Positions 44,222-52,068 of a stretch of 64,000 nt of DNA are shown one piece after another (positions within the stretch are counted from its first letter, which is position 1; each line of letters begins with the position of its first letter). The notes under the pieces are model-generated. The model made no database searches. It worked only from the letters and a program-made list of their open reading frames with translations, and was not told where the DNA came from. The DNA comes from an uncultured Candidatus Entotheonella sp. (GTDB lineage: Bacteria > Tectomicrobia > Entotheonellia > Entotheonellales > Entotheonellaceae). Made by a program: the position numbers and the translations under genes. Location of the stretch: positions 1,024,001 to 1,088,000 of the forward strand of contig CBDCDA010000001.1 of assembly GCA_965215335.1 (NCBI GenBank), given 5' to 3'.

Positions 44222-44722
44222 ATGAGGCGACGGCATGGGCGGGTCTTGCTGGCCCTGGGGCTGTTCGGGCTGGGTGCCGCGGCGTCGGGCCAGGACGTGG
44301 ACAGGGGCGTGGTCAGTCCGTACTTCGAGTGTCCCTACGTCAACTATTTCGATACCGACTGCCCGCAGCTGCGCGAGCGGGAAACACGCGAGCCCGTGGC
44401 CGCGGCGCGGTCGCCGGTCGAGGAACGGGCGCGGGCGGCGCCCTCCGACGAGGCGGGCGAGCCGGAAGCCGAAGCGGGCGCCGGTCAGGGGTTGACGCCG
44501 GAGGAACTGATCCTGTTCCCGAGGGAGAGTCTGGCGCCGGACGCGCCGCCGTTGTTTCGTCTTCTGCTTTCCGATCCGACGCTGGAGAACGCGCGGCGCT
44601 ACGTGCGCTGGCATGCGCGGCGCGCGGCGCGGCTCCGGGTGGTGCAGGCGCTCATCCGGCAGGTGGGCGAGGAACCGCAGGCGGTCGGCGACCCGGCGGC
44701 GCGCCCGGTGGAGTCGGAGTGA
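44222..44722 (+). CDS. Exported hypothetical protein of the conjugative module
   Basis: Signal peptide, CPYVNYFDTDC. DPTLENARRY resembles a motif in transfer-associated periplasmic proteins. Confidence 0.55.
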   Translation: MRRRHGRVLLALGLFGLGAAASGQDVDRGVVSPYFECPYVNYFDTDCPQLRERETREPVAAARSPVEERARAAPSDEAGEPEAEAGAGQGLTPEELILFPRESLAPDAPPLFRLLLSDPTLENARRYVRWHARRAARLRVVQALIRQVGEEPQAVGDPAARPVESE

Positions 44723-45793
44723 TGTTCGGACGGGGTCGGAAAGGCGGCTCGTCGGGGCCGTCTTCGGCGGCGACGGGTCCTGATCTCGAGGCGCTCGCGG
44801 CGGTGTTGCCGGCGCGCGCGGGCTGGGAGGGTTTCGTGGGCCGGGTGGTGCTGTGCTGCGGGGATCTGGCGGCGCCGGAAGGCTCGACGACGCTGGCGGC
44901 GGGTTGCGTGGCGGCGGGTTGCGCGGCGGCTTCGGCGGTGGACAAGACGCGCTTGTGGGAGCGCCTGGCGCCTGGCGCCTGCCGGCCGGCGCGCGCGGCA
45001 AGGCTTCGAGGCGCGCGTGCGGCTGGGGCTGTTCTTCGCGGGCGGCCTGAAATACCTGTTGCCGCGGCTGTGCGCGGCGCGGGTCAGCGTGAACGGGGTG
45101 GCCTGGGAGCCGTTCTACAGGTCGCTGCCCGACTTCCTGGACGACCACGGCGGCGAGCCGGAAATCACCTGGCGGGAATCGCCGCCGCACGCCGGTCGGG
45201 TGCTGACGCTGGCGGCGTTTTTCCTGCGCCGGAAAGAGGTGGTGGAGGAGTTGACGCCGGTGGTGGCGCAGGAGGTGTTCGACTACCTGCGCCCGGACGG
45301 CCAGCGGGGGCTTTTCGGGACGATGCTCGGCGACGCCGGACAGGGTATCGGGCAAGAGGAGCCGGTGGACGTGGCGGGTGTGTTCCTGGAGGCGCTGGCG
45401 CAGGCGGTGGCGCGCCAGGAGGTGCGGGTGAACACGCGGGTGAAGGGGCACGTGTTCGTGACGCCGGCGGTCTGGTTTCTGACGACGCCGGTGGGCCTGG
45501 ACTGCGTGACGGAGCTGCTTCGCAGGCGTTCGCGAGGCCGTCGGCACGACCTGACGCGCCACGCGGTGTTCGAGGCGCTTCGTTCAGGGAGTTGTCTGGC
45601 TGGCGTGGAGGCCAGCGGGGCGGGCAAGGCGGCGCGGGTCCATGAGGTTGATTCGGGAGTCTGGGAGGCGCCGCTCGAGTTGAAGGGATTGCCGGTCTTG
45701 TCCGGCAAGTTGCCCGGGCGGCCCACGGCGCCGCTCTTCGACGGCACCGTTACCTTGAAAAGGGAGAACGTCGATGGAAATCGTACGGACTGA
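44722..45793 (+). pseudogene. Degenerate MobH/TraI_2-like relaxase homologue (frameshift near 45015, no HD motif)
   Basis: C-terminal FLEALAQAV..EVRVNT..GHVFVTPAVWFLTTP resembles the TraI_2 C-terminal domain. WEPF motif. Located next to traD. Confidence 0.5.
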
Positions 45794-46565
45794 CGCTTCT
45801 GGCAGGTCCGTGAACCACGAGGGGCCTGGACGCGACGGCGGCGGCCCGTTCGTCGGCCGGCGGCGGCGCGACTGGATACGTGGCCTGTTGAGCAACATGG
45901 GGAGTCAGAACGATTACCTGGTGTTCCAGCCAGCGGCCTGCTTCACCCGCATGCTCGGCGACCGGGTGTTGCGATTGAACGACGTCCTGGGCGAGGTCCG
46001 CAGCCAGGGACCGGAGCTCATCGCATCGGTCGGGATTGCCAGGCTGCGGGCGCACTATGCGGGACTGGACGAGCTCGTGGAGGCAACACGCGGCAGGCTG
46101 CTCGTCCTGACGGCGTATTGCAACAAGGGGGTCGGGGGGCGCTTCCGGGAGGCCCTGGAGAGCGTCGAGTTCACGACGGCGGACAGGTCGGACGAGGCGG
46201 CTGCCGAAGGGCGCCCGGGCTCGCCGGACGGCCACGTTGCCGCGGCGGCTGCCGGGACGGCCGGCAGGGACGTTTTCGGCGCCTTGCGGCAGCGTCAGTT
46301 CAGCCAGGGCATCCTGACGGCATTTGGTCGCGACCAGGGCTGCGTGGCGTTTCAGCCGTCGCCGTTCCTCGGCCGTTTCCTGAGCGAGCTGGTCTATTCG
46401 CTCAATCATGCGCTGCGGCGTCTGGAGGACGCCACGTTGTCCCACGTCATGTCCGGTGACGGCAAGACGCTGCAGGACTATTACCTTGGACTGGAAGACG
46501 GCCTGGCCGGTATCGGCAAGGACCTGGACGGCATCATCGCCTACTGCAAGCGCGAGGTGGCATGA
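45774..46565 (+). CDS. Hypothetical protein with an internal two-fold repeat
   Basis: 263 aa. MGSQNDYLVFQPAACFTRML..LND and FGRDQGCVAFQPSPFLGRFL..LNH are similar halves. Confidence 0.65.
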   Translation: MEIVRTDASGRSVNHEGPGRDGGGPFVGRRRRDWIRGLLSNMGSQNDYLVFQPAACFTRMLGDRVLRLNDVLGEVRSQGPELIASVGIARLRAHYAGLDELVEATRGRLLVLTAYCNKGVGGRFREALESVEFTTADRSDEAAAEGRPGSPDGHVAAAAAGTAGRDVFGALRQRQFSQGILTAFGRDQGCVAFQPSPFLGRFLSELVYSLNHALRRLEDATLSHVMSGDGKTLQDYYLGLEDGLAGIGKDLDGIIAYCKREVA

Positions 46566-46600
46566 ACGCACCTGAACCGGCAGGAAATCGGCATTCTGGC

Positions 46601-46636
46601 GGGCTGGTTCCTTTCTCTGGAACCAGCCCTTTTTTT
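46601..46636 (+). terminator. Rho-independent terminator
   Basis: GGGCTGGTTCC-TTTCTCT-GGAACCAGCCC-TTTTTTT. Confidence 0.85.
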
Positions 46637-46823
46637 GCTTGCCATTTCTCGTGGATTGGTGTACGCAGGACGCCTTGACAAAAAACCCCGACCACATCCC
46701 GCATCCAGGAAGTTTTCACGGGGTTTCTTTCCTGAGAAAAAAGCCGGCCGCATCCCGCATCGTCCGAGTTTTACCGGCTTTCTTGGACACCCGGTGGCGA
46801 CGTTTCGCAGCCACCCGAAGCAG

Positions 46824-47352
46824 AGGCAGGTCGTGAGTCTTCTCGCGGCTGCCCGGAGTAGGAAGTACAGGCAGGTCGTGAGTCTTCTCGCGACTGCCCG
46901 GAGTAGGAAGTACAGGCAGGTCGTGAGTCTTCTCGCGGCTGCCCGGAGTAGGAAGTATAGGCAGGTCGTGAGTCTTCTTGCGACCGCCCGGAGTAGGAAG
47001 TATAGGCAGGTCGTGAGTCTTCTCGCGGCTGCCCGGAGTAGGAAGTACAGGCAGGTCGTGAGTCTTCTTGCGACCGCCCGGAGTAGGAAGTACAGGCAGG
47101 TCGTGAGTCTTCTCGCGGCTGCCCGGAGTAGGAAGTACAGGCAGGTCGTGAGTCTTCTCGCGACTGCCCGGAGTAGGAAGTACAGGCAGGTCGTGAGTCT
47201 CTCGCGGCTGCCCGGAGTAGGAAGTACAGGCAGGTCGTGAGTCTTCTCGCGACTGCCCGGAGTAGGAAGTATAGGCAGGTCGTGAGTCTTCTCGCGACTG
47301 CCCGGAATACCTGCCGGTCGTGAGTCTCTCGCGGCCACCCGGAGTAGGAATA
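46824..47352 (+). repeat. Tandem array of ~11 copies (plus one degenerate) of a 45-bp hairpin-forming unit
   Basis: Unit AGGCAGGTCGTGAGTCTTCTCGCGRCTGCCCGGAGTAGGAAGTAY, starting at 46824, 46869, 46914, 46959, 47004, 47049, 47094, 47139, 47184 (44 bp), 47228 and 47273 (partial). Confidence 0.95.
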
Positions 47353-47500
47353 CCCGTCTCACGTCATCCCGGCTGCCTTGCGCAGTCAGATCTCCGGCTG
47401 CTTTTACGGCGGCCGATTCCATGCGGAAGTCCATCTGGCCGCCTCGGGCGGCCGATCCACCGGCGCCATCCGTGCGCCCCAAAGCTGAAGGAGAAGTACC

Positions 47501-47878
47501 ATGTCGGACACCAACGTCGTCGTGATGACTGGCAATCTGACTCGTGATCCGGAGTTGAATTACACCCCCAAGGGTGTTGCCGTGGCAAGCATGGGGCTGG
47601 CGAGCAATCGCCGGTACCGCGCAGGAAATGACGAGTTCAAGGAAGAAGTGCACTTTCTGGACGTGACCGTCTTCGGTTCCATGGCCGAAGCCGTGGCGAA
47701 GTACCTCGACAAAGGCCGCAAGGTCCTGGTCGAAGGTCGGCTGCGCTATCAGACGTGGGACGCCGAAGACGGCGGCAAGCGTTCCAGGGTGGACGTGGTT
47801 GCCGAGCGCGTGAATTTTCTGCCGCGCGGCAACAGGAATGGCGACGAAGTCGCCGGTAACGACGAGGTCTCGTCCTGA
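47501..47878 (+). CDS. ssb: Single-stranded DNA-binding protein (short, element-type)
   Basis: NVVVMTGNLTRDPELNYTPKG, YLDKGRKVLVEGRLRY. Lacks the DDDIPF tail. Confidence 0.92.
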   Translation: MSDTNVVVMTGNLTRDPELNYTPKGVAVASMGLASNRRYRAGNDEFKEEVHFLDVTVFGSMAEAVAKYLDKGRKVLVEGRLRYQTWDAEDGGKRSRVDVVAERVNFLPRGNRNGDEVAGNDEVSS

Positions 47879-48058
47879 GTTGCGGAGATCAGGGGGCCGG
47901 CCTTTGGCTTGCCCTCGAAATCCCTTGATGGTGAAGGTGTTCTTTTTCAGTTGATCCCCGTACAGGGATCGACGACCGGGGCCAGCAGCCCTGTCCACCT
48001 GGTTTCAGGGTGGGCCGGGGCCGCGGCCGTCCGGTCCGCTCTGATGAGGAGCAGCAAC

Positions 48059-48421
48059 GTGGCTGAAGAATTCGTCAGGAAGGAGCACTTCGAGGAGTTC
48101 GTGAAGCGCGTGGACGAGCGTTTTCTTGGCGTGGAGAAGCGGATGGAGCAGGGTTTTGCGCACGCCGAGAAGGCTCGGGAACAGAACCTTGTTCATCTCA
48201 ACCAGCGCTTCGACGACATGAACCGAGGCATGAACCAGCGCTTCGACGACATGAGCCGAGGCATGAATCAGCGCTTCGACGACATGAACCGAGGCGTGAA
48301 CCAGCGCTTCGACGGTCTGGAGAAACGGTTTGACGATCTGCGCAGGATCATCCTGCTGATGTTGGGCACCATCGTGGCTGCTGCTTTTGGGGTCATGGTG
48401 AAGGTGTTCTTTTTCAGTTGA
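48059..48421 (+). CDS. Array protein 1 (module A + three 11-aa repeats + TM type 1)
   Basis: GTG after AGGAG. AEEFVRKEHFEEFVKR...(DDMNRGMNQRF)x3...IILLMLGTIVAAAFGVMVKVFFFS. Confidence 0.85.
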   Translation: MAEEFVRKEHFEEFVKRVDERFLGVEKRMEQGFAHAEKAREQNLVHLNQRFDDMNRGMNQRFDDMSRGMNQRFDDMNRGVNQRFDGLEKRFDDLRRIILLMLGTIVAAAFGVMVKVFFFS

Positions 48422-48525
48422 TCCCCGTACAGGGATCGACGACCGGGGCCAGCAGCCCTGTCCACCTGGTTTCAGGGTGGGCCGGGGCCGCGGCCGTCCG
48501 GTCCGCTCTGACAAGGAGCAGCAAC

Positions 48526-48861
48526 ATGGCTGAAGAATTCGTCAGGAAGGAGCACTTCGAGGAGTTCGTGAAGCGCGTGGACGAGCGTTTTCTTGGCGTG
48601 GAGAAGCGGATGGAGCAGGGTTTTGCGCACGCCGAGAAGGCGCGGGAACAGAACCTTGTTCATCTCAACCAGCGCTTCGAGCAGGTTGACAAGCGCTTCG
48701 ACAGTCTGGAAAGGCGGATGGACCAGGGCTTTGCGCAAGTTCATCTGGACGTAAGCCAGATGCGCAATTGGCTGGTGCGGCTTTACGCATTGGTGGTCTT
48801 TGGCTTCGTCGGCGCGATCGCGCTGATTCTGTTCAAGGACCTGTTTTTTTCAAGTAGTTGA
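48526..48861 (+). CDS. Array protein 2 (module A + TM type 2)
   Basis: MAEEFVRKEHFEEFVKRVDERF...NWLVRLYALVVFGFVGAIALILFKD. Confidence 0.85.
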   Translation: MAEEFVRKEHFEEFVKRVDERFLGVEKRMEQGFAHAEKAREQNLVHLNQRFEQVDKRFDSLERRMDQGFAQVHLDVSQMRNWLVRLYALVVFGFVGAIALILFKDLFFSSS

Positions 48862-48947
48862 CGACCGGGGCCGGCAGCCCTGTCCACCTGGTTTCAGGGT
48901 GGGCCGGGGCCGCGGCCATCCGGTCCGCTCTGACGAGGAGCAGCAAC

Positions 48948-49178
48948 ATGGCTGAAGAATTCGTCAGGAAGGAGCACTTCGAGGAGTTCGTGAAGCGCAT
49001 GGAGGCGGGCCTTGCTCATGTGAACGAGCTTGCCGACCAGCGCTACGACAGCATGAATCAGCGCTTCGACAGTCTGGAGAAACGGTTTGACGATCTGCGC
49101 AGGATCATCCTGCTGATGTTGGGCACCATCGTGGCTGCTGCTATTGGGGCCATGGTGAAGGTGTCCTTTTTCAGTTGA
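48948..49178 (+). CDS. Array protein 3 (short module B + TM type 1)
   Basis: MAEEFVRKEHFEEFVKRMEAGLAH...IILLMLGTIVAAAIGAMVK. Confidence 0.85.
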   Translation: MAEEFVRKEHFEEFVKRMEAGLAHVNELADQRYDSMNQRFDSLEKRFDDLRRIILLMLGTIVAAAIGAMVKVSFFS

Positions 49179-49282
49179 TCCCCGTACAGGGATCGACGAC
49201 CGGGGCCAGCAGCCCTGTCCACCTGGTTTCAGGGTGGGCCGGGGCCGCGGCCGTCCGGTCCGCTCTGACAAGGAGCAGCAAC

Positions 49283-49600
49283 GTGGCTGAAGAATTCGTC
49301 AGGAAGGAGCACTTCGAGGAGTTCGTGAAGCGGATGGAGTCGGGCCTTGCTCATGTGAACGAGCTTGCCGACCAGCGCTACGACAGCATGACCCAACGGT
49401 TGGCGGATGCCGAGAAGGCGCGGGAACAGAACTTCGTGTACCTCAACCAGCGCTTCGACGACATGAACCGGAGCGTGAATCAGCGCTTCGACGGTCTGGA
49501 GAAACGGTTTGACGACCAGCGCAGGATCATCCTGCTGATGTTGAGCACCATCGTGGCTGCTGCTATTGGGGCCATGGTGAAGGTGTTCTTTTTCAGTTGA
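49283..49600 (+). CDS. Array protein 4 (module B + one 11-aa repeat + TM type 1)
   Basis: GTG start. MESGLAHVNELADQRY...IILLMLSTIVAAAIGAMVKVFFFS. Confidence 0.85.
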   Translation: MAEEFVRKEHFEEFVKRMESGLAHVNELADQRYDSMTQRLADAEKAREQNFVYLNQRFDDMNRSVNQRFDGLEKRFDDQRRIILLMLSTIVAAAIGAMVKVFFFS

Positions 49601-49704
49601 TCCCCGTACAGGGATCGACGACCGGGGCCGGCAGCCCTGTCCACCTGGTTTCAGGGTGGGCCGGGGCCGCGGCCGTCCGGTCCGCTCTGACGAGGAGCAG
49701 CAAC

Positions 49705-50100
49705 ATGGCTGAAGAATTTGTCAGGAAGGAGCACTTCGAGGAGTTCGTGAAGCGCATGGAGTCGGGCCTTGCTCATGTGAACGAGCTTGCCGACCAGCGC
49801 CACGACAGCATGACCCAACGGTTGGCGGATGCCGAGAAGGCGCGGGAACAGAACTTCGTGTACCTCAACCAGCGCTTCGACGACATGAACCGGAGCGTGA
49901 ACCAGCGCTTCGACGACATGAACCGAGGCGTGAACCAGCGCTTAGACAGTCTGGAAAGGCGGATGGACCAGGGCTTTGCGCAAGTTCATTTGGACGTAAG
50001 CCAGATGCGCAATTGGCTGGTACGGCTGTATGCATTGGTGGTCTTTGGCTTCGTCGGCGCGATTGCGCTGATTCTGTTCAAGGACCTGCTTTTCAAGTAG
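49705..50100 (+). CDS. Array protein 5 (module B + two 11-aa repeats + TM type 2)
   Basis: MESGLAHVNELADQRH...NWLVRLYALVVFGFVGAIALILFKDLLFK. Confidence 0.85.
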   Translation: MAEEFVRKEHFEEFVKRMESGLAHVNELADQRHDSMTQRLADAEKAREQNFVYLNQRFDDMNRSVNQRFDDMNRGVNQRLDSLERRMDQGFAQVHLDVSQMRNWLVRLYALVVFGFVGAIALILFKDLLFK

Positions 50101-50265
50101 TTGACGACCGGGGCCGGCAGCCCTGTCCACCTGGTTTTCAGGGTGGGCCGGGGCCGCGGCCGTCCGGTCCGCTCTGATGAGGAGCAGCAAGGTGGCTGAA
50201 GAATTCGTCAGGAAGGAGCACTTCGAGTTGAAAGAGGCGCGCAGTCCGGGCCATCCGAGGCTGTG

Positions 50266-50577
50266 CCGTCTGCTCGGCAGATGGGGAAGTCCGGTCGGGG
50301 CCGTTTCGGTGCCCCAGGCAAGTCCGAGGTCACGGTACCAAGGAACGAGCGATGAAGGGACTGATCGAAGGACGGCATGCAACCGTCCTGCACTGCGGGC
50401 GCTGCGAAGCGCCGTTGTCGGCGTCCAGCCGACAAGGGTTTCCGTCGCGTCCAGCGACGGCGGCAGCCCAGCGGCGTCCAGCCGCGACCGGGGCTGCCAG
50501 CAGCCGCAAGGCTGCTCACTTACGGCGCGCAAGCGTCGTCTCTACTGCGAGCGCCAGCGAGCGGGTAGAGACGACGC
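50266..50577. other. Dense hairpin cluster (candidate structured ncRNA or ssDNA element)
   Basis: At least nine adjacent stems. Three have identical GC-GTCCA-GC loops, two have GNRA loops, and one is a 13-bp perfect stem. Confidence 0.7.
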
Positions 50578-50948
50578 CCGGAAACGCCACCCCTTGAAAC
50601 GCTAACTGACTGAATAAAGGAGGTTTATGGATTCATAAAGGGCCGCAAACGTCATTCTGGGGAAAAAACGCCAGACAACGGCATGCCCAAAATGGCCGAC
50701 CATCGACTTTTTCCCTGCTTCCCTCGGCCACCAGGCCGTCGGGGCAGGACGGGTTATCCCAAACGAGTCCTGCGGGACTGAGTTGGTCTGCTTCCTTGAG
50801 TGGAAGTAACGGCTTGCAGGCTGTCGCCGGTTTGCCGTACTCGCTCTGATACGTCAGGGCTGGTGACCAGCAACACTAAGCGCAACGACAATCCGGTAGC
50901 GTTCCGAGCGGTTTTCAGGCTGAAAATCGAGTGTCGGAGGTGCGTCCG

Positions 50949-51836
50949 ATGGCGGCCAACAAGCCCAACAACAAGTACCTGTTCCACAAGTTCGAGGCGG
51001 CCAACAATCGCGAGGGCAGCGCCGGGACGCAGGCGAATCGGGCCTCGCACCTGCACATCATGGCGCGTGAACTCTCGGAGATGGGATACCGGCATCTGTC
51101 GCCGGGCAATTTCAGGCGCAAGCATCTCGATGCCCTGGTGAGTCGCTGGCTGGAAAAGGGGTTGGCGGTCGTGACGATCAAGGGCCGCCTGTCCACGGTC
51201 CGCTGGCTGGCGGCCAGGATCGGCAAGCCGAACCTGGTGCCGCGTACCAATGCCGAGTTGGGCGTCCCGGAGCGTTCGCATGGCGCGAAGCAGTCGAAGG
51301 CTTTCAGGCTGACGCCGGAGCTATTGGAGCGGGTGCCGAGTCCACATGTGCGCCTCAGCCTGGCGTTGGAGGAGAAGTTCGGCATGCGGCGCGAGGAAGC
51401 CACGAAGATAAGGCCGCATGAGGCGGACAAGGGCGACAGGCTGGTCCTGCAAGGGTCCTGGTGCAAGGGAAGGCGCCGACGCGAGATTCCCATCCGCACG
51501 CCCGAGCAGCGCGACCTGGTGGAGCGGGCCAGGGAACTGGCCAGGACGACGCCCGAGGGCTCGCTCATTCCGACGGCGACGTACCACCAGCATATCCGGG
51601 TCTACGAACGGCAGACGTACAAGGCCGGGATACGCAGCCCGCACGGGTTGCGGCATGCCTATGCACAGGCGCGTTATGAGGAACTGACCGGCTGGGCGTG
51701 TCCGGTAGCGGGCGGGCCGTCGGCCCGCGACCTGACGGCGGCAGAGAAAGCCCTGGACGAGCGGGTGCGGCGTGTCATCAGCGCGGAGATGGGGCACGGG
51801 CGGGAGCAGATCACGGTGGTGTACCTGGGCAGGTGA
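50949..51836 (+). CDS. Tyrosine recombinase (Integrase_1-type with phage-integrase N-terminal domain)
   Basis: NREGSAGTQANR N-terminus. Catalytic R (GMRREE), K (WCKG), HGLRH, H (MGHGR) and Y (VYLGR). GGAGG RBS. Confidence 0.92.
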   Translation: MAANKPNNKYLFHKFEAANNREGSAGTQANRASHLHIMARELSEMGYRHLSPGNFRRKHLDALVSRWLEKGLAVVTIKGRLSTVRWLAARIGKPNLVPRTNAELGVPERSHGAKQSKAFRLTPELLERVPSPHVRLSLALEEKFGMRREEATKIRPHEADKGDRLVLQGSWCKGRRRREIPIRTPEQRDLVERARELARTTPEGSLIPTATYHQHIRVYERQTYKAGIRSPHGLRHAYAQARYEELTGWACPVAGGPSARDLTAAEKALDERVRRVISAEMGHGREQITVVYLGR

Positions 51837-52068
51837 GGGCGCTTCGGGCTCGGGACTTGCCCTTGCGCGACCGTCGCCGGTGCTTGAAGAACAGCCAGGG
51901 CAGCCATATGGTGCAGCAGAACCACAACCAGGCTCGCAGTCGCAAACGGCCCCAGAACAGTTTCACGTCGGCAAGGCATCCCTGATGGTCGAGTGGCCGC
52001 GGCTTCCGACAGCCGCCACGCCCTTCGACGTCACCCACCGGTATTCCCTCGCTGCACGTTCGTACAAC

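Larger units (their letters stand above)
47928..50227 (+). repeat. Tandem cassette array: conserved ~90-105 bp structured spacer plus variable coiled-coil/TM ORF; partial units at both ends
   Basis: Spacer GACGACCGGGGCC...CCGGTCCGCTCTGAYRAGGAGCAGCAA occurs six times. The array opens with an ORF 3' tail and closes with an ORF 5' stub. Confidence 0.95.

Noticed and set aside
46824..47352. CRISPR array
   Set aside because: The segments between palindromes are identical 16-mers, not unique spacers, and no cas operon is adjacent.
46541..47998. Long ORFs through the 45-bp repeats (485 aa on minus, 201 aa on plus)
   Set aside because: They are open only because the unit lacks stops. A 44-bp unit shifts the frame, and the minus ORF is antisense to ssb.
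48041..48080. Hammerhead ribozyme suggested by CTGATGA/CTGACGA in the spacer
   Set aside because: There is no GAAA after a stem II, and two copies read CTGACAA.
50177..50605. 142-aa ORF as a sixth array protein
   Set aside because: Identity to the family stops at 50227; the rest translates the hairpin cluster.
47928..51836. Classical integron (attC cassettes plus IntI)
   Set aside because: The spacers run GTT...AAC rather than RYYYAAC...GTTRRRY, the cassettes are paralogues, and the recombinase lacks IntI features.
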